From: Polyangiales bacterium
Lineage (GTDB): Bacteria > Myxococcota_A > Polyangia > Polyangiales > Polyangiaceae
Direction: 5' to 3'
NCBI GenBank assembly: GCA_038230375.1
Contig: JBBRNJ010000048.1
Coordinates: 1 to 64,000, forward strand
Length of the DNA: 64,000 nucleotides
In this document: positions 20,401 to 29,852 of the stretch, in pieces
How positions within the stretch are numbered: position 1 is the first letter of the stretch
How the letters are laid out: every line of letters begins with the position of its first letter
The notes under the pieces: generated by a model
What the model saw: the letters and a program-made list of their open reading frames with translations, nothing else
Database searches by the model: none
What the model was told of the DNA's origin: nothing
Program-made: the position numbers and the translations under genes

Positions 20401-21768
20401 GTGAGCGAACCGGGCGAGAAGAACAACGAGACAGCGCAAGCGTTCGCGCGGCACGCTCGCTACATCAACCCGGCGTGGATCAAGGTGCTCGATCTCCTCG
20501 GGTACGGCCGCTCGTTCGTACGCGCGGAGGGCACGCGGATGTGGGACGCGGAGGGGCGCGCCTACGTCGACTTCCTGGCCGGTTGTGGCTCCGTGCCGCT
20601 TGGCTACAACCATCCGGAGCTGGTCGCGGCGGCGATCTCCTCTCTCCGCGCGAACCTGCCTTCGTTCGTCCAGCTCGCCCCCATGCGCGAGGCCGGGCTG
20701 CTCGCGGAGATGCTCGCGTCGCGTCTGCCCGAGGAGCTGTCGCGCGCGCACTTCGTGAGCAGCGGGTCGGAGGCCGTGGACGGCGCGCTCAAGCTCGCGT
20801 TCGCCGCGACCAGGCGAACGGGAGTCATCTACTGCGAGCTCGGCTACCACGGCGTGTCGCTCGGCGCGCTTTCGGTGATGGGGAGCGAGCGCCTGCGTGC
20901 GCCGTTCCCTTCCCTGCCCGGATGCGAGATGGTCCCGTTCGCGGACCTCGGCGCCGCCGAAGAGAAGCTCGCGACGGAGCGCTTCGCCGCGTTCATCGTG
21001 GAGCCCGTCCAGTTCGAGGGCGGCGTGCGCATGGCTGATCCAGCCTATTTCCAGGGCCTCCGCGCGCTCACGGAGAAGCACGGCACGGCGCTCATCCTGG
21101 ACTGCGCGCAGACGGGCATGGGGCGCACGGGGACGCTCTTCGCATTCGAGCAGCTCGGCATCGTGCCGGACGTCCTGTGCTACGCGAAGGCGCTCTCGGG
21201 CGGCCTTGTTCCCATCGGCGGGTACTCCACCAGTCCGGCGTGGCAGAAGCGGGCGTATGGACGGATGCAGGACTGCGAGCTGGTCGCGAACACGTTCGGT
21301 GGTGGTGCGCTCGCGTGCAACGTGGCGATGAAGACGCTCTCGCTCATCGACGAGCCCATGCTCGCACGCGTGCGCGAGAGCGGCGAGTACCTGGGCACAC
21401 GCCTTCGCGCTCTCGCCGCGGCCCGCCCCATGATCCGGGAGGCGCGCGGCATGGGCCTCATGTGGGCGGTGGAGCACGGACTACCCACGAGCGGCATCGC
21501 CAGCGCGCTCACGCTCGGCATCCCGAACAAGGTCGCGAAGGAGCTCTTCGCGTTCTGGATCGCGCAGCGCATGCTCGAACGCGGCTGGCTCACGCAGGTC
21601 CCAGCGCACGATCAGAACGTGCTGCGCGTGGAGCCGCCGCTCATCATCACACGCGAGGAGATCGACGGCTTCGTGGATGCTCTTTCGGAGACGGTGGCGG
21701 AGAACGAGAGCTTCCTGCGCTTCGCGAAGGACGCCGCGGGCCGACTGCTCTCCCGCCAGTTCGGCTAG
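20401..21768 (+). CDS. Class III PLP aminotransferase (ornithine/putrescine/HpnO-like)
   Basis: AEG..MWD.EG..YVDF, SGSEAV, YHG, EPVQ.EGG, QTGMGRTG, AKALSGG, TFGG. Confidence 0.9.
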   Translation: MSEPGEKNNETAQAFARHARYINPAWIKVLDLLGYGRSFVRAEGTRMWDAEGRAYVDFLAGCGSVPLGYNHPELVAAAISSLRANLPSFVQLAPMREAGLLAEMLASRLPEELSRAHFVSSGSEAVDGALKLAFAATRRTGVIYCELGYHGVSLGALSVMGSERLRAPFPSLPGCEMVPFADLGAAEEKLATERFAAFIVEPVQFEGGVRMADPAYFQGLRALTEKHGTALILDCAQTGMGRTGTLFAFEQLGIVPDVLCYAKALSGGLVPIGGYSTSPAWQKRAYGRMQDCELVANTFGGGALACNVAMKTLSLIDEPMLARVRESGEYLGTRLRALAAARPMIREARGMGLMWAVEHGLPTSGIASALTLGIPNKVAKELFAFWIAQRMLERGWLTQVPAHDQNVLRVEPPLIITREEIDGFVDALSETVAENESFLRFAKDAAGRLLSRQFG

Positions 21769-23228
21769 ACGCGGGCGAAGTCCAGGAAGCCTTTTTCGGG
21801 GGCGGTTGCGGTGAGCTTCACGCGGACGTGATCGCCCACGTCGAGCCCGTCCTCGCCACGCACGATGCGCCCTTCGGCCGGGGGCGACAGGAGGCGAACG
21901 AACACGCCCTTGTCGGACCTGCCCGTGATGACGCCGTCGTATTCGTCACCCACGTGGTCGGCGAGCGCGATGGCCGCAAGCACCTTTCGCATCGTGCGTT
22001 CCACCGCGCGCGCGTCGTTCTCCTTGTCGGTGCAGCGCTGCGCGACGGCCGTGAGCGCCTCGCCCGAGTACGGATTCGCGGTGCCAAGCGCTGCCGCGAA
22101 AAGCAGCCGCTGGGTGACCAGATCCGCGAACCTTCGGTTGGGCGCGGTCGAGTGCGTGTAGTCGTAGACCGCGAGTCCGAAGTGCCCTTCATGCGGCTTT
22201 CCCGGCTCTGCCACGTGGTACTCGCCGGGACCGAGGAGCTTCACGACGGCGAGCGACACGTCGCGGAATGCAGTCGCGTCACGCGCGCGCTCCGCCCCGA
22301 GGAACGCAGAGAGCGCCCGCGGATCGGGCTCCGCCGGCAGTGTGGTGCCTCGTGCTTGTGCGAGCTCCACGATGCGCGACCACCGTTTTGGCGTCTTCAC
22401 GATGCGACGGATCGACGGGAATCCACGCGCATCCAGGAACCGCGCCGTCGCGTTGTTCGCGGCGATCATCAGATCCTCCACGAGCTCCCGCGCCCGGTTC
22501 TTCTGCACCACCGCGAGCTCCAGGTTGCCGTCGGGCAACGAGATGGTGCGGGCCTCGACGGTCTCGAATGAAAGCGCGCCGCGCTCGAACCGCTGCTTGC
22601 GCAGGCACCGCGCTACCTGGTGCTGCAGGCGCAGCTGCTCTTCGAAGCCGTGCGGTGGAGCGGGCGCATGCGGCTTGCCGTCGAGCCACGCGCCCACGTC
22701 CTCGTAGACGAGCTGCGCGCGGTTCCTCACGCGCGCCGGGTAGACCTTCGGCTCAAGGACGGTGCCGTCGTCAGTCACCAGGTACTCGGTGACCATGGAG
22801 ATGCGCTCACGGTCATGGAGCAGTGAGGTGCGGTCGACCGACAGGATCTCCGGCAGCATCGGGAACACCATGGGTCCGGCGTAGAGCGTGCTCGTGTTTG
22901 CGGCAGCGAACCCATCCACCGGGCCGCCCAGAGGAGCGAACGACGCGACGTCGGCAATGGCGATGAGCACACGCACGCGGCCGCCAGGAAGCTTCTCCAT
23001 CCACTCGATCTGATCCAGATCGCGCGACTCGCGATTGTCGATCGACGACCACGGCAGATCGCGAAGGTCGCGCACGTCGGCGTGAGGCTCGGGATGCACC
23101 TGCTCCGCCGCCTCTTCAGCCGCGCGTGGGAGGTCAACGAGGAAGCCGCGATCGTGGAGGACACGCCGCGCAATACGCGCGACCTTGTCGAAGTCGGTCG
23201 ACTGAGGGGGGAGGGAGAGGAATGCCAC
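21765..23228 (-). CDS. RNB domain exoribonuclease (RNase II/R family); start uncertain
   Basis: SIDNRESRDLDQ, IAIADV, LVEDLMIAAN, HFGLA..YTHSTAPNRRFADL, S1-like C-terminus. Confidence 0.9.
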   Translation of the reverse strand: MAFLSLPPQSTDFDKVARIARRVLHDRGFLVDLPRAAEEAAEQVHPEPHADVRDLRDLPWSSIDNRESRDLDQIEWMEKLPGGRVRVLIAIADVASFAPLGGPVDGFAAANTSTLYAGPMVFPMLPEILSVDRTSLLHDRERISMVTEYLVTDDGTVLEPKVYPARVRNRAQLVYEDVGAWLDGKPHAPAPPHGFEEQLRLQHQVARCLRKQRFERGALSFETVEARTISLPDGNLELAVVQKNRARELVEDLMIAANNATARFLDARGFPSIRRIVKTPKRWSRIVELAQARGTTLPAEPDPRALSAFLGAERARDATAFRDVSLAVVKLLGPGEYHVAEPGKPHEGHFGLAVYDYTHSTAPNRRFADLVTQRLLFAAALGTANPYSGEALTAVAQRCTDKENDARAVERTMRKVLAAIALADHVGDEYDGVITGRSDKGVFVRLLSPPAEGRIVRGEDGLDVGDHVRVKLTATAPEKGFLDFARV

Positions 23229-23332
23229 GGGGGGCCGAATATCGCCCGGAGCGACCACCCCGCGGAAAAAAAAACGCACAACTTCCCAAACCTGCTCGCC
23301 TGCGAGTTAAAGGAGTGAGGCGACCACGAGAG

Positions 23333-25144
23333 ATGCTCCGACTTCGAAAAAATAGCTTCTTTCCCGCGGCGGCGTGCGCCCTGCTCCCCCTCGCGTGCGC
23401 CCTCGTCGCCACACCGTCGAGCGCACAGGACCCTGCAGCCTCCGTCCCGTCGGCCCCGCCGCCAACCCCGACCCTTCCCTCCGAGCCTGCCACCGGCTCC
23501 GCGACCCCGGCCACGCCACACCCGCACGCCTATGGCATCCTCGTGGGCACGAACGAAGGCGGCGCGGGTCAGCAGAAGCTCCGCTACGCAGAGGACGACG
23601 CGCGCAAGATCGCGCAGGTGTTCCGCGAGCTCGGGCGGTTCGACGGCGCGGACATGCGCGTGCTCACGCATCCGGATCCGGACACGGTGCTGCGCGAGAT
23701 CGACGACGTGGCGAAGAAGCTCGCAGAGCACGCCGCGCGCAACGAACAGGCGGTCTTCGTCTTCTATTACTCGGGCCACGCGAAGGCGAACGCGTTCAGC
23801 CTGGGCCAGAACGAGCTGCCCATCGCGCTCCTTCGAGAGCGGCTCTCCAGGCTGCCCACCACGCTCACGCTGGTGGTGCTGGACGCATGTCAGTCGGGAC
23901 AGTTTGCGCGCATCAAGGGCGCGGAGCCTGCGGCGGACTTCTCGTTCAACTCGGTGTCGCGGCTCACCACGAAGGGGCTCGCGGTCATGGCGTCCAGCTC
24001 CGCCCAGGAGCTCTCACAGGAATCGGACGAATTGAAGTCGTCCTACTTCACCCATCACCTCCTCGTCGGCCTCCGCGGTGCGGCGGATGGAGACGGGGAC
24101 GGAAAGGTGTCGCTCGACGAGGCGTACCGCTACGCGTACCGCCGCACGCTCGCGGCCACGGCGCAGACGCAGGTCGGCGCGCAGCACGTCACGCTGGAGA
24201 CGGATCTTGGCGGACAGGGCGATGTTCCCGTCACCTACCCTTCTGGTGCCCGCGCGCAGCTCGAGTTCGCGGCCCCGCTGGAGGCGCGCGTCCTGGTCTT
24301 CCAGAGGCCGAGCGGCGCGGTCGTCGCGGAGGTCCAGAAGTCGAAGGGCGGCGCCGTGCGCCTGGCGTTCGGCTCGGGAAATTACGAGGCTTTCGTGCGC
24401 GGACGCGAGGTCGCGGGCGCGGGCAAGATCCGCCACTGCCGCTTCGCCCTCGCGGACGATCGCGTCACCACGCTCGACCCTGCGGCGTGCGAAGAGGTCA
24501 AAGACGTGGGCGTGGCCAAGGGCGACGTGGACGATCTCTCGATCGTTCGTCCGGAGCCATGGACCATCGAGGCAAGCACCTCCATCCTCTTCCGTCAGGA
24601 GGACGCGTGGACGAAGCGCCTCCAGCAGTTCGGCTACAACAACGACGACTTCCTCAAGACGCCGAACGTGCGCGCCTCCGTGGGCGCGTCCCGCGGGATC
24701 CTTCCGTACATCTCGCTCGCCATCGACGCGCACACGCTCGCCGGAGACTCGTACTACCGCAACGTCGGCAACGGCGACGACAAGGTCTCGTTCGACGCCT
24801 ATGGCCTTGGCGGCTGGGTGCGCGCGCAGACCGCGCCGATCGGACGCGACTCGCTCCATGCCGGGTACATCCAGGTCTACGGCCAGGCCGGCGCGGGACT
24901 GGCGCTCGCCTTTCAGCATCTCAAGACCGGCACCACCGGCGGCCCCCACGAGTTCTCTGGAGACACCTACTGGGGCTACCAGCTTGGCGTGATGGGCGGC
25001 GTGGCGGTGCAATCACCCGGCATTTTCGGCGCCTTCCTGCAGGCCGGCTACGAGTACGCGCCGACCATCAGCAACCTTGTCGGCGAAACGCACAACAGCG
25101 GCGGCCCCAGCGTGGGTGTTGGCTTGCGCGCGCAGATCAAGTGA
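23333..25144 (+). CDS. Secreted caspase-family (C14) protein with C-terminal outer-membrane beta-barrel-like domain
   Basis: Signal peptide; LRYAEDDA, YYSGHA, LDACQSG, FTHHLLVGLRGAAD; C-terminal amphipathic beta strands. Confidence 0.85.
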   Translation: MLRLRKNSFFPAAACALLPLACALVATPSSAQDPAASVPSAPPPTPTLPSEPATGSATPATPHPHAYGILVGTNEGGAGQQKLRYAEDDARKIAQVFRELGRFDGADMRVLTHPDPDTVLREIDDVAKKLAEHAARNEQAVFVFYYSGHAKANAFSLGQNELPIALLRERLSRLPTTLTLVVLDACQSGQFARIKGAEPAADFSFNSVSRLTTKGLAVMASSSAQELSQESDELKSSYFTHHLLVGLRGAADGDGDGKVSLDEAYRYAYRRTLAATAQTQVGAQHVTLETDLGGQGDVPVTYPSGARAQLEFAAPLEARVLVFQRPSGAVVAEVQKSKGGAVRLAFGSGNYEAFVRGREVAGAGKIRHCRFALADDRVTTLDPAACEEVKDVGVAKGDVDDLSIVRPEPWTIEASTSILFRQEDAWTKRLQQFGYNNDDFLKTPNVRASVGASRGILPYISLAIDAHTLAGDSYYRNVGNGDDKVSFDAYGLGGWVRAQTAPIGRDSLHAGYIQVYGQAGAGLALAFQHLKTGTTGGPHEFSGDTYWGYQLGVMGGVAVQSPGIFGAFLQAGYEYAPTISNLVGETHNSGGPSVGVGLRAQIK

Positions 25145-25154
25145 GGGATGACAG

Positions 25155-26081
25155 ATGAGTACGATGACCAGACGATCAAACCTCACCCGCCATGCCGCAC
25201 GCGCGACCTTCCTCGTCGTGATCGCGGTGGCTGTGGTCGCGTGCGGTGACGTGATCAATGATCCTACGTTCCGTCAGTGGTGCGGCGACACGCTCTGCGC
25301 GTGGAAGCTCGAGGCCGGGCACATTCGCAAGGCCCCCACGTGGACGGACAAGGACTACGGCGTGGAGTTCCAGGACACGCCCACACGCATCTCGCAGTAC
25401 GTCAGCACGTCGCCGCATTGCCTCAAATTCTCGACGATCGGCGACATCAATCCCAGCACGCAGCTCACCGTCTCCATCGACTTCGACAGCGACGGCACCG
25501 TGGACTTCACGCAGCTCGTGCCCAGCGCGCAATGGACGGAGGTGGAGACGCTCGTGACCGCACCCAAGGTGTACGACGGCTTCACGCTTGCGATCGAGAA
25601 GAAGGGGGACGGTCGCGCGGTGCTCGCCCAGATGCGCGTGCAGGACTCCGACGAATGCAAGGCGCCCGGCGTCGTGCTCGACAAGCCGCTGCCCATCGGT
25701 GACAAGTGCAGCCTCACGGATCCGACCGCCGCCAGGTGCGAGACCGGCATCTGCTGTTACGGCGTGTGCTCCGAGTGCTGTTCCGACAAGGACTGCAACG
25801 TGTCCGGTACGCCAGATGGGGGCGACGCGGGCCCCGCGGCGATCTGTGGAACGCAGACGGTGAGCGCGCCTCTCTTCGGACTACCCGCGCAGTGCGGCCC
25901 TGGCGACCATCAACACAAGACCGGCGCACCCTGCCTGGTCGACAACGACTGCGCGAGCGGCGCCTGCGATGGCGCGATCATTCACGGTGTCATTCCCGGT
26001 TCGGAAGGCGGCACCTGTGACGTGCTCGGCGCGGACGCGGGCTGCTACCCGCAGACCGTCGCTGGAGGGCACTGTCGCTGA
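25155..26081 (+). CDS. Cys-rich lipoprotein
   Basis: VVAC lipobox, beta-rich N domain, Cys-rich C-terminus. Confidence 0.75.
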   Translation: MSTMTRRSNLTRHAARATFLVVIAVAVVACGDVINDPTFRQWCGDTLCAWKLEAGHIRKAPTWTDKDYGVEFQDTPTRISQYVSTSPHCLKFSTIGDINPSTQLTVSIDFDSDGTVDFTQLVPSAQWTEVETLVTAPKVYDGFTLAIEKKGDGRAVLAQMRVQDSDECKAPGVVLDKPLPIGDKCSLTDPTAARCETGICCYGVCSECCSDKDCNVSGTPDGGDAGPAAICGTQTVSAPLFGLPAQCGPGDHQHKTGAPCLVDNDCASGACDGAIIHGVIPGSEGGTCDVLGADAGCYPQTVAGGHCR

Positions 26082-26086
26082 GCGAC

Positions 26087-26596
26087 ATGCCGACCGAAGG
26101 ACAGCGTTCGGTGGAGCAAGCAAGCGCGGACGCGTATCAGCGGTACGGGCGTGCGCTCGTTCGCAAGGCGCAGCGCATCCTGAGGAGCCGTGAGGACGCG
26201 CAGGACATGGTCCAAGGATTGTTCGTCGACATGCTTCAGAACCCCACACCCACGCTCGATCTCCCGTACCTGTACCGCGCGACCACGCACCGGTGCCTCT
26301 CGTACGTGCGCGACGAGAAGAACCGCGCGCGCCTGCTCGAGCGCGAGACCGGAACGCTCGCCGGCGCGCCGCGCACACGCTGCGACGACCGCGTGCTCGA
26401 CATGGACCTGCTCTTGAAGCTCACGAACGCGCTCGACGAGCAGACGCTGGAGATCCTCTTCTACCGGTACTTCGACGACATGACGCAGGAGGAGATCGCG
26501 GAGCAGCTGTCCCTCAGCCGCAAGACGATCGGTAAGAAGCTCGACGACATCACGACCGCGGTGCGCGGCCTCACCAGGGAAGGAGAAGCATCATGA
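26087..26596 (+). CDS. ECF RNA polymerase sigma factor
   Basis: REDAQDMVQGLF (region 2), YLYR...CL, MTQEEIAEQLSLSRKTI (region 4). Confidence 0.9.
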   Translation: MPTEGQRSVEQASADAYQRYGRALVRKAQRILRSREDAQDMVQGLFVDMLQNPTPTLDLPYLYRATTHRCLSYVRDEKNRARLLERETGTLAGAPRTRCDDRVLDMDLLLKLTNALDEQTLEILFYRYFDDMTQEEIAEQLSLSRKTIGKKLDDITTAVRGLTREGEAS

Positions 26597-27438
26597 GCAA
26601 GTGCACCGGCACGCCGATCTCCTTCCTCGGGCTGGAGCAGTACCAGCTGGGAGAGCTTTCGACCGAGAAAAAAGGGGTGATCGATGAGCATCTCGCGGAG
26701 TGCGAGGCATGCAAGGCAGCGCTCGCGGGCATCGTGGAAGACGACGCGAAGCCGCTGCCAGCGCTGACGACGACGACACCGACTTCGACCTCGACGACGA
26801 CACCGACTTCGACCTCGACGACGACACCGACTTCGACCTCGACGACGACACCGACTTCGACCTCGACCGCGACTTCGACCTCGACCGCGACTTCGACCTC
26901 GACTTCCCCCTCGACCTCGACCTCGACCTCGACCTCGACCTCGACCTCACCCTCTCCCTCCAACCTCACCTTCCTCCGTCGTGCGTGGCCTGTCGCTGGC
27001 GCGCTCGCGATTGCGGCGGCGATGTTGCTCTTCCTTTCGAGACCTGCGGAGGTGCCGGGCGACGGCGTTCGTGTGAAGGGTGATGGTGTCTCGTTCGGGC
27101 TCGTTCGCGATGACGAGGCCACCTTCGAGGAGGCGGGTGGCTCGTTTCACGATGGCGATCGCTTCAAGGTGGTGGTGACGTGTCCGCCGCATGGGCGCAC
27201 GCGCGTGGACGTCGTGGTGTGGGAGAATGGCACTCCGAGCTTCCCGCTCGCCGCGGACGACATCGACTGCGGCAACAAGGTGCCCGTGCCGGGCGCGTTC
27301 CGCGTGACAGGACAGACACCCATGATCGTGTGCCTACTGACGACCGACGCCGGGGAGATCGATCGCGACACGGTGCGGAGGGCCGGGCCTGGCGGCTCAC
27401 CGAACGCCGCCTGCAAGGTGCTGATCCCGGGCCCGTGA
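26593..27438 (+). CDS. Zinc-binding (HxxxCxxC) membrane anti-sigma factor with Thr/Ser repeat insert
   Basis: HLAECEAC, TM helix, RVKG motif; ATGA overlap with the sigma gene. Confidence 0.8.
   Translation: MSKCTGTPISFLGLEQYQLGELSTEKKGVIDEHLAECEACKAALAGIVEDDAKPLPALTTTTPTSTSTTTPTSTSTTTPTSTSTTTPTSTSTATSTSTATSTSTSPSTSTSTSTSTSTSPSPSNLTFLRRAWPVAGALAIAAAMLLFLSRPAEVPGDGVRVKGDGVSFGLVRDDEATFEEAGGSFHDGDRFKVVVTCPPHGRTRVDVVVWENGTPSFPLAADDIDCGNKVPVPGAFRVTGQTPMIVCLLTTDAGEIDRDTVRRAGPGGSPNAACKVLIPGP
26767..26960. repeat. Hexamer-period (GAC-nnn)n array, in frame, with 24-bp and 18-bp higher-order units
   Basis: ACGACGACACCGACTTCGACCTCG x4 from 26770, ACCGCGACTTCGACCTCG x2, then (ACCTCG)n. Confidence 0.95.
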
Positions 27439-27517
27439 GCTCCGCAAATCCCGCGAAATACTGCCCTTCGCACGAACGCCCCTTGAAATCCGCTATAACG
27501 GATGCAATGTTGGGACC

Positions 27518-28708
27518 ATGGCTACGACCTACACGGACCTGATCGCAGGTGTCCGCAAGCGCACGAAGGAAGTCTCCCTGGACGAGGTGAAGCGTCGCCT
27601 GGAGGCGAAGGAGCCGTACGTGCTCCTCGACGTGCGCGAGAAGGATGAGTACCGCGCGGGCTTCATCCCCGGCGCGATCTCCTTGCCGCGCGGCTTCCTC
27701 GAGATCCAGGTCGAGCAGAAGCTCCCCGACAAGAACGCGAAGATCGTCGCGTACTGCGCGGGCGGCACACGCTCTGCGCTCGCTGCGGCCACGCTCGCCG
27801 AGCTCGGCTACACGAACGTGGAGACCGCGAACCCTGGCTTCGTGCGCTGGAAGGATCTTGGCTACCCGCAGGAGAAGCCGCCGGAGCTCACGGACGCGCA
27901 GCGCGATCGCTACTCGCGGCACCTGCTCCTGCCGGAGGTGGGCGAGGTCGGTCAGTCGAAGCTCCTCCAGAGCAAGGTGCTGCTCATCGGCGCCGGTGGT
28001 CTCGGCTCTCCCGCGGCCCTGTATCTTGCCGCCGCGGGCGTAGGCACGCTCGGCCTGGTCGACGCGGACGTGGTGGATGCGTCGAACCTGCAGCGCCAGA
28101 TCCTCCACGCAACAAGCCGCGTCGGCGACTTCAAGGTGGACAGCGCGGAGAAGACCCTGCGCGATCTCAATCCGGACGTGAAGGTCATTGGCTACAAGGA
28201 GCGGCTGCTCTCGGACAACGTCGACCGACTCTTCGGCGACTACGACGTGATCGTCGACGGCACGGACAACTTCCCCACCCGCTACCTCGTGAACGACGCG
28301 AGCGTGTTCCTGGGCAAGCCCGTGGTTCACGGGTCCATCTTCCGCTTCGACGGCCAGGTCACCACATTCCTGCCGGAGTCAGCGGCGAAGAAGTTCGGCT
28401 TCGCGTCGGGCCCTTGCTACCGCTGCCTCTACCCCGAGCCGCCGCCCGCGCACCTTGCCCCCAGCTGTCAGGAGGCGGGTGTTCTCGGCATCCTGCCCGG
28501 CATCATCGGCGTGGTGCAGGCAACGGAGGCCATCAAGCTGCTCCTGGGCAAGGGCGAGCCGCTCATCGGTCGCCTGCTGACCTACGACAGCCTGAAGATG
28601 AAGTTCCGGGAGCTCCGGCTCCGCAAGGATCCAGGCTGTCCGGTGTGCGGCAAGAACCCGACGATCACGAGCTACATCGATTACGAAGGGTTCTGCGCAA
28701 TCGGCTGA
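27518..28708 (+). CDS. moeB: Rhodanese-fused MoeB/ThiF adenylyltransferase (MoeZ-like)
   Basis: LLDVRE..EY, YCAGGTRS; RYSRH, GAGGLG, SNLQRQ, DGTDNF, CYRC, CPVC. Confidence 0.92.
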   Translation: MATTYTDLIAGVRKRTKEVSLDEVKRRLEAKEPYVLLDVREKDEYRAGFIPGAISLPRGFLEIQVEQKLPDKNAKIVAYCAGGTRSALAAATLAELGYTNVETANPGFVRWKDLGYPQEKPPELTDAQRDRYSRHLLLPEVGEVGQSKLLQSKVLLIGAGGLGSPAALYLAAAGVGTLGLVDADVVDASNLQRQILHATSRVGDFKVDSAEKTLRDLNPDVKVIGYKERLLSDNVDRLFGDYDVIVDGTDNFPTRYLVNDASVFLGKPVVHGSIFRFDGQVTTFLPESAAKKFGFASGPCYRCLYPEPPPAHLAPSCQEAGVLGILPGIIGVVQATEAIKLLLGKGEPLIGRLLTYDSLKMKFRELRLRKDPGCPVCGKNPTITSYIDYEGFCAIG

Positions 28709-28729
28709 CGTTCTGACGCGCTGACTTGC

Positions 28730-28760
28730 CGTTCGTCGCTTCGATCGACGCGTTCGTCGC
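28730..28760 (+). promoter_or_regulatory. Putative LytTR binding site (10-bp direct repeat, 21-bp period)
   Basis: CGTTCGTCGC at 28730-28739 and 28751-28760, upstream of the LytS/LytTR pair. Confidence 0.6.
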
Positions 28761-28802
28761 GCCTGGGGGCGTGGTGGGCGGCCGCGTGCTATCTGCAGTC
28801 TT

Positions 28803-29852
28803 GTGAAGACGACTCCGTTTCTCGCTCGTGAGGCGTTCTACTGGCTCACGCTCGCCACACCGGTGGTGACACTGCTGGTCGCTCAGGACGGCAGTGGGCT
28901 ACCCACGCTCGAGCGCGCGGCAGGCTGCCTGCTGTCGACCTGGATGTGTACCGTGGCCGCGGGCCTGTCGCTCCACCTGGCAATGAACTTCACTGCGCCG
29001 CACGTGCTCGCCGCGACGCGGTCGCGTGCGCTCGCGGCCCTCCTGCTCCTTGTGATTGGCGCCGTGACCGTGATCGCGGTGATGCTGGTTCTCCTTCCGC
29101 GCCTGGTGTGGCTCGACGCGAACCTGGCTGGCCCCAAGGCGCCCTTCATCGGCCGCGCGCTCGCGGTGGGCGTGGTGTACGTGGCGGCGGGTCGCCTGGG
29201 CACGTTCCTGGCTGCCCGTGCGCAAGCAGAGGCGGCACGCGCAAAGGAGAGTGAGTCGCTCGCGCTCCGTGCACGGCTCTCCGCGCTGCAGTCGCAGGTG
29301 AATCCGCACTTCCTGTTCAACACGCTCAACGCGATCGCGAGCCTCATCCCCACGGATCCAGACCTCGCGGAGTCCACCGTTGAGCGCCTCGCGGGCGTGC
29401 TCCAGTACAGCATTGCGTCCAGCTCACGCGACGATGTGACCATCGACGAGGAGCTCGGCGCGGTGCGCGACTATCTGGAGATCGAGCAGGCGCGCTTCGG
29501 TGACCGCCTGCGCATGCGCATCGACGTGGACGCCGAGCTGCGCGAGGAACGCCTGCTGCCGATGCTGCTCCAGCCGCTGGTCGAGAACGCGGTGCTCCAC
29601 GGCTTCTCGAATCGCGCCGATGGCGGCGAGATCGCGGTGTCGGGCCACCGGGACAAGGGCGACGTCGTGCTCACCGTCGCGGATGATGGCGTGGGGCCCG
29701 GCAAGTCCACGCGCAAGGGCAACAAGACGGGACTCGCCAACCTGCGGGAGCGCCTCGCGCTCACGTACGGTCAACGCGCACGATTCTCCGTGCGGGAGCG
29801 CGAAGGCGGCGGCTTCGAGTGCGAGCTGCGCGTGCCCGCGGCGGCCGTGTGA
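28803..29852 (+). CDS. LytS/YehU-family sensor histidine kinase
   Basis: N-terminal TMs, LQSQVNPHFLFNTLN, LQPLVENAVLHG, DDGVG, TGL.NLRERL. Confidence 0.92.
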   Translation: MKTTPFLAREAFYWLTLATPVVTLLVAQDGSGLPTLERAAGCLLSTWMCTVAAGLSLHLAMNFTAPHVLAATRSRALAALLLLVIGAVTVIAVMLVLLPRLVWLDANLAGPKAPFIGRALAVGVVYVAAGRLGTFLAARAQAEAARAKESESLALRARLSALQSQVNPHFLFNTLNAIASLIPTDPDLAESTVERLAGVLQYSIASSSRDDVTIDEELGAVRDYLEIEQARFGDRLRMRIDVDAELREERLLPMLLQPLVENAVLHGFSNRADGGEIAVSGHRDKGDVVLTVADDGVGPGKSTRKGNKTGLANLRERLALTYGQRARFSVREREGGGFECELRVPAAAV

